Shown piece by piece: positions 13,105 through 24,800 of a stretch of 64,000 nucleotides of DNA; within the stretch, counting starts at the first letter, position 1, and every line of letters begins with the position of its first letter. The notes below the pieces were generated by a model. That model was given only the letters and a program-made list of their open reading frames with translations. It made no database searches and was not told the origin of the DNA. The DNA comes from Candidatus Aminicenantes bacterium (GTDB lineage: Bacteria; Acidobacteriota; Aminicenantia; Aminicenantales; JAFGBC01). The stretch lies in the NCBI GenBank assembly GCA_963702005.1, contig OY969696.1, forward strand, positions 3,360,001 to 3,424,000, read 5' to 3'. A program made the position numbers and the translations under genes.

Positions 13105-14207
13105 TCCGCAAGGACGGAATCGGCGCGGCGCTTTCGGCAGCGATCATGGCCGCGGCCTTCTCGGTGGGCGGGTGTTCCCAAAAAATAGCGGATCGAAACG
13201 CGGGAAGACCCGGGTCCGCTCAAGTCCGGACTCCGGCGATCGTCCTCCGTGAGGATATTTTCGTCACGGCCCCCTTCGCCCAATGCCATGCGTCGACGAT
13301 CGTCGAAACCGGATCGGGCCTGGTCGCCGCCTGGTTCGGGGGCACGGCGGAGGGCCATTCGGACGTCGGGATCTGGCTGTCCCGCCGGGAAGGCCGCGGT
13401 CCTGGCCGCAGCCTTCCCGGCAGGGCGGCCTGGTCGCCCCCCGTCGAGGTTGCCTCGGGCGGCCGGACCGGGGAAGATAGCCAGCCTTGCTGGAATCCCG
13501 TCCTCGTCAATCCTGAGGGCGGGCCGCTGCTCCTTTTCTATAAGGTGGGACCTTCCCCGTCCCGCTGGAGGGGAATGACGACCTATTCGACGGATGACGG
13601 CCGGACCTGGGCCGAGCCGCGAAGTCTGCCCGATGGGATCGTCGGCCCGGTCAAGAACCATCCCCTCGAGTTCCCGGACGGGATGATCCTCTGCGGGAGC
13701 TCCACCGAGCAGGACGGATGGCGCGTTCATTTCGAACAGACCGGCGACAAGGGACGGAGCTGGCGGCGGACTCCTCCCATCAACGACGGCCGGCTATTCG
13801 GGCTGATCCAGCCGGCCCTTCTGCGGACCGGCGGCGACGGGGTTACGGCCCTGATGAGGAGCACGGCGGGCCGCATCTATTACGCCCGGAGCGCGGACCG
13901 GGGAGCGACTTGGTCAAAGCCGGAAGCGCTGGATTTGCCGAACCCGAACTCGGGCATCGATGCGGTGACTCTCCGGGACGGACGGCAGCTGCTGGTTTTT
14001 AATCCGGTCAGCCGGGGCCGAAGCCCGCTGTCCGTCGCTCTCTCCGAAGACGGCCGAAACTGGACCCAGGTTCTGATCCTCGAGGACGAGGAAGGGGCCG
14101 AGTTTTCCTACCCGGCGATCATCCAGTCCAAAGACGGACTCGTCCACGTCACCTACACCTGGAAGCGCCTGAGGATCAGGCACGCGGTCCTCGATCCCGG
14201 CCGCTAA
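13101..14207 (+). CDS. BNR-repeat sialidase-like protein, probable lipoprotein
   Basis: CHASTIVE, AWFGG, Asp-boxes STDDGRTW/SADRGATW/SEDGRNW, PNPNSGID, FSYPA; lipobox-like VGGC. Confidence 0.85.
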   Translation: MIRKDGIGAALSAAIMAAAFSVGGCSQKIADRNAGRPGSAQVRTPAIVLREDIFVTAPFAQCHASTIVETGSGLVAAWFGGTAEGHSDVGIWLSRREGRGPGRSLPGRAAWSPPVEVASGGRTGEDSQPCWNPVLVNPEGGPLLLFYKVGPSPSRWRGMTTYSTDDGRTWAEPRSLPDGIVGPVKNHPLEFPDGMILCGSSTEQDGWRVHFEQTGDKGRSWRRTPPINDGRLFGLIQPALLRTGGDGVTALMRSTAGRIYYARSADRGATWSKPEALDLPNPNSGIDAVTLRDGRQLLVFNPVSRGRSPLSVALSEDGRNWTQVLILEDEEGAEFSYPAIIQSKDGLVHVTYTWKRLRIRHAVLDPGR

Positions 14208-14281
14208 CAAAAGAGCGGAACGGGATAATTCGAAGATTGACAAAACCGGGCGCGCCGGGAACAATGGGAGAGAGGCGGCCC

Positions 14282-15778
14282 ATGAAAACAGCGTCTATCG
14301 TGTTCATTTCAATCGCTCTTCTGGTCGCGGGGACGAGCGGCGCCCAGACCTCCCCCCGGCCGAAAATGTTCCTAGTGGTCACCTTCGACGTCGAAGACTA
14401 CATCTCGCCCGCGTCCGAGCATATCGACGATATCCCCAAGTGGCTGGCCGAGATCATGTCGGAGGAAGGCGTCACCGGGACGTTCTTCGTCATCGGCGAA
14501 AAGGCTCGCTCGTTGGAGAAGCGCGGACGAAGCGACGTCATCGAGGCCATGGCCCGGCACGATATCGGCAGCCACACGAATCTCGGGTCCATCCATCCCA
14601 CGGTCACGGAAGACCTGGAAAAAGCCGATTGGCCCGGCGGCCTGCGCCGGATGCTCGACCGGGAATCGGCCGGCTTCAAGGACCTGGAACGCATTTTCGG
14701 CAAGCCCGTGACGACCCTGGCCCGCCACGGCGGGTCCTACGGACCGCAGCTCGTCTGCGCCCTGGGCCAACTCAAGGCGGGCTATGTGGGATCGCCAGTC
14801 TCGCTTCCCGGCACGAACGTCGTCTGGTATGCGAACGCCTTGAATTTCTCGGGCCAATACGACGGGTTCGACGAACTCTACTACCGCGACGACCTGTTCG
14901 AGCCCGTCTTCGACAAGCTGAGGGCCGAGCTGCCCGAAATCGCCCGAACCGTCGATGCGATCGCCCTGTTCGGCGGCCATCCGACCAAGATCCGCGCCGA
15001 AGAATTCTGGGATCTCAATTTTTATGACGGTAAGAATCCGGCGCCGGGCGATTGGAAAGCGCCCCGCCTGCGCCCCCTGGAAACCATGAGAACGGCCCTG
15101 AAGAATTTCCGCCGCATGATGAAATACCTTAAAAGCAGGGACGACATCGAGATCACAACCTACGGGTCCTTGATGAAGCTCTACGGGCGGCAAAAGGAGT
15201 CGATGACCGGGAGCGAGCTCCGCGAAATCGCCGAGAGCACCCTGGGGGCCGAGTCGATTCATCCGACTCAAGATTTCTCTCCCGCCGAGGCCTTCGCCGG
15301 CCTCGCGAGATCGATCGCCGCCCGCCAAGAGACCGGCACCCTTCCGCGGGACCTCCCCGCGGTCCGGCCGCTCGGACCCATGGACATGCCGCCGGCTCAG
15401 CCCGAAATCGCCCGTCTGACCCTGGACGACGTCTATCGGCTGGCGCGGGAGGCGGATGAGCAGATCGACGGGACCGGCGCCCTGCCTTCTTCCCTGAGGA
15501 TCGGAAACGCGCGCATCGGGACGGGCTCCTTATTCGCCCTTTTCTGCGCCGCCTATCTGGACCTGAGCTCGAACAAGCCGAGGGCGGAATATGACGTCCC
15601 CGCCTTCGATCCTTATCCCAAAAAGAACGAGACGGATATCATCAAGCAGGTCGAGGGCTATAAGTCCTGGCCCGTCCATCGCCGGGACCTCGACATGGCG
15701 AAGGTCGTCGAGTTTACGAAGCTCCAGCTCTGGACGCTGAAACCGGCTAAGATGTCAAATCCGACGATCGATCATTGA
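14282..15778 (+). CDS. Secreted polysaccharide deacetylase-like (NodB/CE4) protein
   Basis: Signal peptide, TFDVED, GTFFVIG, HDIGSH. Confidence 0.75.
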   Translation: MKTASIVFISIALLVAGTSGAQTSPRPKMFLVVTFDVEDYISPASEHIDDIPKWLAEIMSEEGVTGTFFVIGEKARSLEKRGRSDVIEAMARHDIGSHTNLGSIHPTVTEDLEKADWPGGLRRMLDRESAGFKDLERIFGKPVTTLARHGGSYGPQLVCALGQLKAGYVGSPVSLPGTNVVWYANALNFSGQYDGFDELYYRDDLFEPVFDKLRAELPEIARTVDAIALFGGHPTKIRAEEFWDLNFYDGKNPAPGDWKAPRLRPLETMRTALKNFRRMMKYLKSRDDIEITTYGSLMKLYGRQKESMTGSELREIAESTLGAESIHPTQDFSPAEAFAGLARSIAARQETGTLPRDLPAVRPLGPMDMPPAQPEIARLTLDDVYRLAREADEQIDGTGALPSSLRIGNARIGTGSLFALFCAAYLDLSSNKPRAEYDVPAFDPYPKKNETDIIKQVEGYKSWPVHRRDLDMAKVVEFTKLQLWTLKPAKMSNPTIDH

Positions 15779-15792
15779 CGAGGAGGGATCCG

Positions 15793-18496
15793 ATGAGCCG
15801 GCCGGTCGCATTCATCTCGTTATTTCTCGTTTGGACGGCGGTCCTGTCGCTGGCTCGGCCGGCGCCCGCCGCGGCCGAAAGCCTCGATCGCTTCAAGTAC
15901 GCGGGCTCATTCGATCCCGCCTTCTCCGCGATCGAGACATCCGGCCGGTTCAACGGCTACACGAACTACTGGCACAGCCTTTTCTGGAAATGGTCGCAGT
16001 ACGGCAACCTCTATCTCATCAGCCAGCCCGACATTCCCAAGTCCATCGCCCAGAGCAAGCTGGATATAGCCGAGGAGCTGGGCGTGCCCGGGCTCTTCCT
16101 GGCGGAAGGCTTCCTAAGCGCCTATCTCGAAGGCCCCGTCCGGGAATTCGAGGATCCCGGCCCGGACGCTCTCGAAAGAACCCTGGACCGCAAGGACGCC
16201 CTCGTCTGGGTCAAGCCCGGAACCGCCCTCGGCCAAAAACTCCTGGGCCGGTTTCCCGGCGCGGCCCCATGGAGAGAGGCCCTCGGCAGCCACCAGCTCA
16301 ACGCCCGGGATTTTCACGACGTCCGGGCCTTTCATCTTGTGAGCGGCCCGCGCCGGCTTTTCGTCATCGTGACGGATGGCGACGATTGCCGCCGCCGTTT
16401 CCGGGATTTGCTGGCCAACCTCCGCGGCGTCCTGGACCGCTACGACCTCCACCGCGGCTGGTTCGGCACCGGGACGCTCCTCCACAGCGTCACCTGCTTT
16501 CCCGGTCATCCGCTCGAGGTTATCGCCAAGGGACTCAACCAGGGCAACGACTGGTTCACCTTCAGCGGCTACATGGATTACTTGATGAAGGACCAGCTGG
16601 CGGCCTGGCTGGCCAAGGTGGGCCTCGACGTCGTCAGCGACGTGGGCACCGGCAAGGCCACCCACAGCTTGGGAACGACCGCCTACGGCCTGCGGAGCTG
16701 GGACGGCCTCAAGATCCAGGACATGCCCGGCGAAGAGGAGTGGATCAAGTTCGTCAAGGACCGGCGGGGCTACATATTCCGGCCCGTCTACGCTCCCGAT
16801 TGCGACAAATTTCATTACGACGGCGTTATCGCCGTCGACGGAACCCAGAAACACATCGACGAGGAAAACGTCCCCTTCATCCTCCAGACGGGCATGATCC
16901 GGGAGGAAGCGCCCGCCTGCATGGTCCTCTTCACGAAGAAAGGCGGCGCCCTGACGCGGGACGGCATGTGGGAGGCGATCCTTTCGCGGCGGGCCGTGGG
17001 CGTCCTGCCCCAGGGAAGCATGCTGGGACCCGCAATCCTTGCGGAGCGCGCTCCAGATGCTCCTCCTCGACCGCGTCTTCCTCGAGGACTATTTCAAAGA
17101 CAGGATTCGGCTCGAGGCCGTCATGGAAAACCGCGAGCTCGTCGTCAGGGCGGCCAATCTGGGCGGAGCGTCCGTCGAAGGCCGGTTCGAAGTCCGGCCG
17201 GCGCCTGAGCTCCGGGTCAAGAGTCGGCCGATGGACGCCGTCCTGCCGGCGCGGACGGAGCGGACGTTTCGGTTCGCCGTCGAGCCCACCCCGGCCGCCC
17301 TGGCTCGGGCCAACCCTATCCTGGTCGAACTCGTCTGGAAAACCGGCCGGAAGAGGACTCTGGCCGTCCTCGACCTTCCGCCCGCGATCTCGGTCCATCG
17401 GCTCCTCTACGGCCAGGAGCCCGAGGTCGTTTATCCCGTTTCCATCCATAATTTTACGGGCGGGACGGAATACCCGGTCGCCGTCAGAGTCTATTCCAAA
17501 GACGACCCGAAGACCATCGTCTTCGAGACGAGCCGGACCGGGAGGGCTCGCCCGGGCGAACACGAGACCCTGACGTTCCGGCTGCCGCTCAAGCCGGGCT
17601 CGTACTCGGTCAAGGTCGAGGCTCTGGGCGTCGGCAGCGAGACTCAGCTCGGCGTCGGGCCAGCCTCGGGCAAGGCCTCGGTCACGGAAATCGACCTCGA
17701 CGGCGACGGCATCAACGAATACCGGATGGAGAACGGCCGGGTCCGCGTCAGCCTGCTGCGCACGGGCGCCCGCATCATCGAGGACATCGTCAAGGACAAG
17801 AACGACAACGTCCTCTTCAAGCTCTGGCCCGAGAAGGAGGACACGGACAAGCGGCCTTTCCGCGAGCGCGGCTTCTACCCCTACGGCGGTTTCGAGGACT
17901 TTCTCGGCCAGGCCTCGATCGAGACCCATAAAGTCTACGACGCGGAAGTCGTCCGAAAGGAAGGTCCCTTCGTCCAGGTCAGGATGGAGGCCGATTACTA
18001 CGGCAACCGGCTGGAAAAGATCTTCACGCTCTACGGGGATTCGCCGCTCGTCGAGGTCCGCTTCGCCCTGGAGTTCCGCAACCCCGAGCTCCATATGCTC
18101 GGACCCCAGCCCATCCTCGAGCTGGGAAAGAAGCACTGGACCGAGGACGTTTTCGTCGTTCCTTCGCTCCAGGGAAGACGCGAAGTCCGGATGCGCCCCG
18201 AGGAATACTTCGGCGAAGTCTTCTTCCTCAAGGAAGGCTGGAACGCCGGCCGCGACACGGTCGAGGACGTCTCCTTCGTCGGCGCCTTCCCGGTGAGCGA
18301 GCCCGAGTTCCTCCACATGTGGATGAACCACCCTTCCAACGGCGAGTCCCATCACTACTACGCCGAGTTCCAGCCCTGGGTCCCCATCTATCAGAAGACG
18401 GTCCGCTATTTTTCCTATTACTTGTGGGCGGACGCCGGCCCCTGGGAAAAGGGCCTCGAGGAACTCAGGGCAAGGAATCTGATCACTTCGAAATAG
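15793..18496 (+). CDS. Large secreted multidomain protein of about 900 aa, apparently split by a +1 frameshift near 17034
   Basis: ORFs 15775..17208 and 17039..18496 fuse if one A of CCCGCAATCC is removed. Signal peptide, Ig-like segment, C-terminal mutarotase-like beta region. Confidence 0.65.
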
Positions 18497-18550
18497 CCGC
18501 TTCGTCACCGCTGGCCGGGATCAAGTTCTGAGACGGCCCTCGGCTCGCTA

Positions 18551-19966
18551 TTAGAAGATTTTTCCGGGATTCAGGATGGCGTCGGGATCGAAGACGCGCT
18601 TGATCCCCTTCATGAGCTCGATTAGAACGAGGTCGGTGGATCGCGCCAAGTAATCCTTCTTGACCAGCCCGATCCCGTGCTCGCCCGAGACGACGCCGCC
18701 CCGGCGCCGGCCGTCCTCGTAGATGGCGGCCCGGACTTTCTCGAACTTGGGCCGCCACTCCTCCTCGGGAATTGGGACCATCCGGTTTCCCCCGCAGCGA
18801 ACTTTCATGATGTGGGTATGGACGTTCCCGTCCGCGGCGTGCCCGAAGGTCGGAAGCCAGATATCGTTTTCGAGTCCGATTTCATGGACGCGCTTGACGT
18901 GGCCGGGAATCTCGGCCCGGGGGAGCGAGATGTCGAGGATCTCGACCGTCCCCGACTTGATGGCTTCATAGATTTTACTCCGGATCTGAAGGACCTCGTC
19001 CTGTTTCTTGGCCGTGTCGGCGATGTAGACGTCGATCCCTCCCCTCTCCATACAAACAACGGCGACCTCCTCCGAAAGGCGGTCCATCTCGGCCTCGGTC
19101 GCGGCGTCGAGGATGATGAGGAGGTCGGTCGTGCCCAGGCTCGAGGGCCAGTGCAGGCGGAGATAATCCTCGGTGATCCGGATGACATCCCTGTCCACAA
19201 ACTCGACGGCCAAGGGGGAGATGCTCCGTTGGAGGAGGATGGGAACCGTCTCGATGGCCGAGGCCAGGTCCCGATAGGGAATGATGAGCGAGCGGGTCAG
19301 CTTGAAGGGCGGCAGAATCTGAACGATCGCCCGGGTGATGACGCCCAGCGTCCCCTCCGAACCGATCATCAGGTGGAGGAGGCTGTAGCCGGAGCTCGTC
19401 TTGACGTACTTCCCGCCCAGCCGGACGATCTCGCCCCTGGGCAAGACGACCTCCAAGCCGCGTACGTAATTACGGATGACGCCGTATTTCACGGCACGGC
19501 TGCCGCCCGCGTTCGTGGCGATCAAGCCCCCGATCATGGCGCTCTCGTCGCCCGGGTGGGGCGGGAAGGCGAAGCCCCGCTCCTCGACGGCCTTCACGAA
19601 TTCGCCGAGCGTGACGCCCGCCTCGACCACGGCCACTTGGTTGGCCGCGTCGACCTCGACGACCCGGTTCATCCGCTCGAGCGAGAGGACGATCCCGCCC
19701 TCGACCGGGACGCAGCCTCCGCAGAGGCCGGTCGCGCCGCCCCGCGGCGTCACGGGAAAGCGCTCGCGGTTGGCGAGCCTGAGAACGGCGGCCGCCTCCC
19801 CGGTCGTCCGGGGCTTGACGACGGCTTCGGGGAGACGGGCGATCTCGCGGAGCGAAAACTCGTCGTGCCCGTAATCGACGATCCGTTCCGGGTCGACGAG
19901 GAGGCCGCCCTCTCCGACGATCCCGGTTAACTCTTCGAGGATGACGGCCGTCAGTTTATTGTACAT
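18551..19966 (-). CDS. FAD-linked oxidase, GlcD/D-lactate dehydrogenase family
   Basis: TPRGGATGLCGG, IGGLIATNAGG, GSEGTLGVIT, GHAADGNVH, SGEHGIG, DPDAILNPGK. Confidence 0.92.
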   Translation of the reverse strand: MYNKLTAVILEELTGIVGEGGLLVDPERIVDYGHDEFSLREIARLPEAVVKPRTTGEAAAVLRLANRERFPVTPRGGATGLCGGCVPVEGGIVLSLERMNRVVEVDAANQVAVVEAGVTLGEFVKAVEERGFAFPPHPGDESAMIGGLIATNAGGSRAVKYGVIRNYVRGLEVVLPRGEIVRLGGKYVKTSSGYSLLHLMIGSEGTLGVITRAIVQILPPFKLTRSLIIPYRDLASAIETVPILLQRSISPLAVEFVDRDVIRITEDYLRLHWPSSLGTTDLLIILDAATEAEMDRLSEEVAVVCMERGGIDVYIADTAKKQDEVLQIRSKIYEAIKSGTVEILDISLPRAEIPGHVKRVHEIGLENDIWLPTFGHAADGNVHTHIMKVRCGGNRMVPIPEEEWRPKFEKVRAAIYEDGRRRGGVVSGEHGIGLVKKDYLARSTDLVLIELMKGIKRVFDPDAILNPGKIF

Positions 19967-20014
19967 CGCACGCTTCTACAGAATAACGGCGCGGGGACGG
20001 CAACGCAAGAGAGC

Positions 20015-21778
20015 CTAATACCTCCAGCTGGCGAGGTCGGCGCCGGCCGGGGCCGTCTTGAGAATCCGCTCGACGATCCGGGGGATGAACATCTGGTGGT
20101 AGCGCAACCTCGAGATGTAATTGGGTCGGGTGTGGTCCCCGTTCCAGCAGTGTTCGGCCCGGTCGCCGTAATCGACCTCGCCGTCATAAGGAGGGTCCGC
20201 GGCGCTTTTCAGGAAGTCCTCCATGAAGTAGACGGCGTTGTTGAGGTAGTAATTATCCATGTCCCCGCAGTAGATGTGGATCTTTCCCCTGAGCTTGGGG
20301 CCGAGCGTTTTCCAGTCGCGCTCCAGGATGTAGCGGAGGTCGCTCCTCTCGCGCCAGTAGGCGGCCACCGTCGGATCGATCTCGCCCGTCAGCTTGTCCC
20401 AGATCGGCTTGGGGTAGCCGTCCTCGCCGACCGGCCCGAACACGGCCTGCCAGATGTCCCATTGATCGCCCGATCGCGATCGGTTCCCCAGGACGAACTC
20501 ACGGCGGTTGGTTTCTTCGAGAGTGGCGCCGACTTCCCCCAGATAATTCCGGAGCCCGGGCCGCGGCGTTCTCTTCCAGAGGCTGTCGACGTAGTAGGCG
20601 TTCTTGTGTTCGTAGATGTTGACGATCGTGTAGGCGCGGAAATCGATCGGGTCGGGGCAGGCAGCCCAGCAGCCGTTGTAGTCGTCGGGATAGAAGATCT
20701 GAGCGGCCAGCGACTCCCAGCCCCCCGTCGAACCGCCGTATAGAAACCGGGCCCAGCCCTTCCCGGTCCCCCGGTACTTCTTCTCGATATAGGGAATAAG
20801 CTCGTAGGTGATGGCGTCGCCGTAGGGGCCGAGGTTCGCCGAGTTGACGGCGTAGGAGTCGTCATAATAAGGATTGGCGTGCTGGATCATGACCAGGATG
20901 ACCCGCGGAAATTCCTTGGAAGTCCAATCCTTGTAGAATTGATAGGCGTATTCCTGCTGGATTTTATTGTAGCCGTGGATCCGGAACCGCTCGCTGTAAT
21001 CGGGCTTGAGGTCCGGGTCGGGAGGCGTCTCTCGGAAGCCGTCGAAGGTGGCGGGGAAGTGGCCGTGGTTGATGACGAGCGGGTAGCGGGCCCCGGGATG
21101 CTCGTCGAAACCCTCGGGCAGCAGGATACAGGCTCCGAGGTCCATGGGCCGTCCCCAGAACTCGGACAGGAGTTTGCTCCGGATCTTTTCGTGTTTGATA
21201 TATTTTGTGTCCTGGGGAGGCGGGATGGGAGGGATTTCCTTGTCGAGCACGACGGGAATGATCTCGCCGCGTCCGGGGTCGTAATCGATCTTCCGGGGCG
21301 TGCTGATGAGGTTTCCGGGCGCCGTGTTCCAGCGCTGTCCCTCTCCCCTGTCCATGGGGAGCTTCACGGTGTGGCCGTCCGCGCGGTGGAAGGTCTCATA
21401 ACGGTGGAGGAGGGCCTGGACCCAATACTCTCCGCGCGGAACATCGAGGAGGCTTTTCAGCGGATAGCCGAGCGCGGAGCCGTCGATGACGGCGGCCTGG
21501 CCGGGCTTGAGGCCGTCCAGGTCGACGCCGAAGACGAGCTGCGTCCCGGCGCCGTCGCTGATCTGGAAGCGGGGCTCGCTCGTCGGGTCGGTCGAGATCA
21601 TGAGGAGGAGCCGGCCGTCGAGCGGCTCACAGCAAACCGTTTCGGGGAAAGAAATATTGAATCGGGGACCTGCCGCCCGAGCCGCCGTTTGGGCCGAGCC
21701 AAGGGCCGGGATGACGACGAAAAGGACGGCGGCGGCCGCAGCGAACGCGGGGCCAAGCCGGAAATATTTAGGGCTCAT
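20015..21778 (-). CDS. Secreted alpha/beta-hydrolase (esterase family)
   Basis: AGGAGGAG RBS, signal peptide, YAVNSAN.GPY, GGSTGGW nucleophile elbow, GDMD. Confidence 0.8.
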   Translation of the reverse strand: MSPKYFRLGPAFAAAAAVLFVVIPALGSAQTAARAAGPRFNISFPETVCCEPLDGRLLLMISTDPTSEPRFQISDGAGTQLVFGVDLDGLKPGQAAVIDGSALGYPLKSLLDVPRGEYWVQALLHRYETFHRADGHTVKLPMDRGEGQRWNTAPGNLISTPRKIDYDPGRGEIIPVVLDKEIPPIPPPQDTKYIKHEKIRSKLLSEFWGRPMDLGACILLPEGFDEHPGARYPLVINHGHFPATFDGFRETPPDPDLKPDYSERFRIHGYNKIQQEYAYQFYKDWTSKEFPRVILVMIQHANPYYDDSYAVNSANLGPYGDAITYELIPYIEKKYRGTGKGWARFLYGGSTGGWESLAAQIFYPDDYNGCWAACPDPIDFRAYTIVNIYEHKNAYYVDSLWKRTPRPGLRNYLGEVGATLEETNRREFVLGNRSRSGDQWDIWQAVFGPVGEDGYPKPIWDKLTGEIDPTVAAYWRERSDLRYILERDWKTLGPKLRGKIHIYCGDMDNYYLNNAVYFMEDFLKSAADPPYDGEVDYGDRAEHCWNGDHTRPNYISRLRYHQMFIPRIVERILKTAPAGADLASWRY

Positions 21779-21861
21779 GTCGACTCCTCCTTTGTCCGGG
21801 TCCGGCCGGACCGGCCGCCCGGTCATAGACCATTAGACACCGGGCGCGGGAGGGCCGTCAA

Positions 21862-24800
21862 CTAGACGCGTTCGCCCCGGCGGAACTTTGCCCCGAAATT
21901 GTCCAGGATCACGTAAACCACGGGCACGACGACCAGGGTCAGGATGGTCGAGCTGATCAGGCCGCCGATGATGGTGAAGCCGATGGCCTGGCGAAAACTG
22001 GCGCTCGCCCCCAGGCCCATGGCCACCGGGATCATGCCCAGGATCATGGCCATGGTGGTCATGAGGATCGGCCGCAACCGGGTCGAGCCCGCCTCGACGA
22101 TGGCCTCGGACAGCTTCGATCCCCGCCGGCGCAAGACGTTGGTGTAGTCCACGAGCAGGATGGAGTTCTTGGTGACCAGGCCCATGAGCATGATCAGCCC
22201 GATGAACGCCACCATGTCGAAGAACTTGTTGGCCAGGAGCAAGCCCAGGACGGCGCCGATGACCGACAGGGGCAAGGCCAGCATGATGACGAAGGGTTGG
22301 ATAAACGAGCCGAACTGCGAAGCCAGGATCATGTAAACGAAGATGATCGCCAGGAACAAGGCCAGGGTCAGGGAGCTGAACATTTGCCGGCTCATCTCGA
22401 CCTGCCCGCTGTACTCAAAACTCACGTCGCTCGGAAATCGGGTGCCGGTCATCATGGCGCTGGCTTTTTGGGTGATCTCGCTCATGGCCCGGCCCTTGAG
22501 GATGTTGGCCGAGATGCTGATGCGGCGGGTGCGGTTGGTGCGCTTGATCTGGGTCGGTCCGTTGACGATTTTAAGCTGGGCGACCTGGTCCAGAGTGATC
22601 GATCCGCCCCGCAGCGTGGGAAGATAGGCCTGGCGGATTTTGTCCAGATTGTCCCGAACGTCCTCCGAGGCGCGGACGCGGATATCGATAAGCTTCTCGC
22701 CCTCGCGATATTTGGAGGCCAAGTCGCCGTCGATCAGGGACCTCATGAGAGAGGCCACCTGAAAAGTCCCCGCGCCCAGCCGGGCGGCCCGGTCGCGGTC
22801 GATTTGAATCTGGATCTCGGGCTTGGGAGGTCTGTTGTTGCTGTTGATATCGACCAAGCCGCTGATGCCCTGCAGGCCCCGTACGACCTCGTCGCTGGCC
22901 TTGGTCAGATGGCCAAGGTCCGTCCCCTTAAGGTCGATCTGAATGGGAAGCTGCTGCATCGTGGAGAAAGCGGCGCCGCCCATGGTCTGGGCTTCCTGGA
23001 AGGTGATGGTCGCACCGGGAATGCCGCTGAGCATGGGCCGCAGGCGGTCCTGATAAGCCTGGGCTTCCTTAGTGGGGAGGTTCAACTTGACATTGATTGT
23101 GGCGACGTCCGATGCGCCGTCGGTCGTACCCACGATGGCGGCCAGGTTCGTGATTTCTGTCTGCTGGCGAAGAATCGCTTCAATCTTCCGGACGATCCGG
23201 TCGGTCTGGTCCAGAGAACTGCCCGAGGCGGTTTGGACGGACAGGTTGAATTCGGGCTGCTGGCCATGAGGGAAGCCGCCCGTTCCGACCAGGGTAAATA
23301 GGTAGGCGCTCATCGCAAAGACAACGATCGTGATGAGGACCATCGTCTTGCGGTGGCTGATCGCCCAGCGCAAAACGGGGCGATAGTTGTTGCCCAGCTT
23401 TTCATAGAATTTGGAGACAAGGCCCTCGAAGCGCGAAGCCAGGGTCTTCCGGCCGCCCTTTTCGGCCTTCCTGAAGAAGTAGGCCGAGAGCATGGGCGCG
23501 AAGGTGAAGGCCTCGAACAGGGAGATCAGGACCGCGGCCGCCACGGTCACGCCGAACTGGCGGAAGAATTTCCCGGCGATGCCCGCGGTGAAGGCCACCG
23601 GCAGGAAGACGGCCACGATGGTCAATGTGGTGGCCATGACCGCCAGCCCGACCTCTGAGGTGCCGTCGCTGGCCGCCTGGCGCGGGGACTGGCCCAGCTT
23701 GTCCATGTGGCGGAAGATGTTCTCCCGGACGACGATGGCATCGTCGATCAGCAGCCCGACCGAGAGGCTCAAGGCCATCAGGGTAATGACGTTGACCGTA
23801 TAGCCCAGGGCGCTCATGACGGCGAAGACGCCGATAATACACACCGGCAGGCCAGCAACGGTGATGATCGTATTGCGCAGGTCGCCGAAGGAAAAGAGGA
23901 CGACCAGGCCGGCGAACAGGATACCCAGGATCAGGCTTCTGATGACCTCGTCCCGGGAATTTTTGATCATGACCGAGGTGTCGACGGTCGGCCGGATTTC
24001 GAGGTCAGGGTTGGCGGCCTCGATGCGGGCCAGGGTCTTATAGACCTGGTCGGCCACCTTGACCGTATTGGTCCCGGACTGCTTCTGAACGACCATGGAA
24101 ATATCCTCCTTGCCGTTCAGACGAGAGATCGTCCGCTTAGTCTTGTAGCCGTCCTTGACCGTGGCGATGTCCTTGAGGAAGACCGGAGTGCCGGCAACCG
24201 TGGCGACGGGGATATCCAGCATTTCCTGGAGGCTCTGGAACTCGGCCTTGGTTCGGATCAGAAAGTCCTGGGACTTCTCGGTCACCCGGCCGGCGGGAAG
24301 GTTGAGGTTTTCGCCCCGGACGGCCTGGCTGACCTGGGTGATGCTGATGCCCAGGGCGTTCATTCGATCGAGGTTCACATCGACCTGAATTTCCCGCTCC
24401 AATCCGCCGATGATGTTCACCGCGCCGACGCCGTCCACCTGTTGGATGAAGGGCTGGATATGATCCTCGATATAGGTCCGCAGCTGGGGCAGATTCATCT
24501 TGTCGCCCTTGCTCTGAACGCCGAAGGATACGACCGGCGCCGCCGACGAGTCGAACTTGTCGATGATCGGCTCAATGATCTCCCGGGGCAGGGTGTTGCG
24601 GATGGCCGCAACTTTTTCCCGGACCTCGGTGGCGGCCAGCTGGGCGTCTTTCTCCAAGACGAATTGAGCCACGACGATCGAGACCCCTTCGGAGGACGTC
24701 GAATAGAGCTTGTCCAAGCCGTTGAGAGTGCTCAGGACGTCCTCGATGGGCTTAGAAACCTGGGATTCCATTTCCTCGGGTCCCACGCCGGGGTTGGCCA

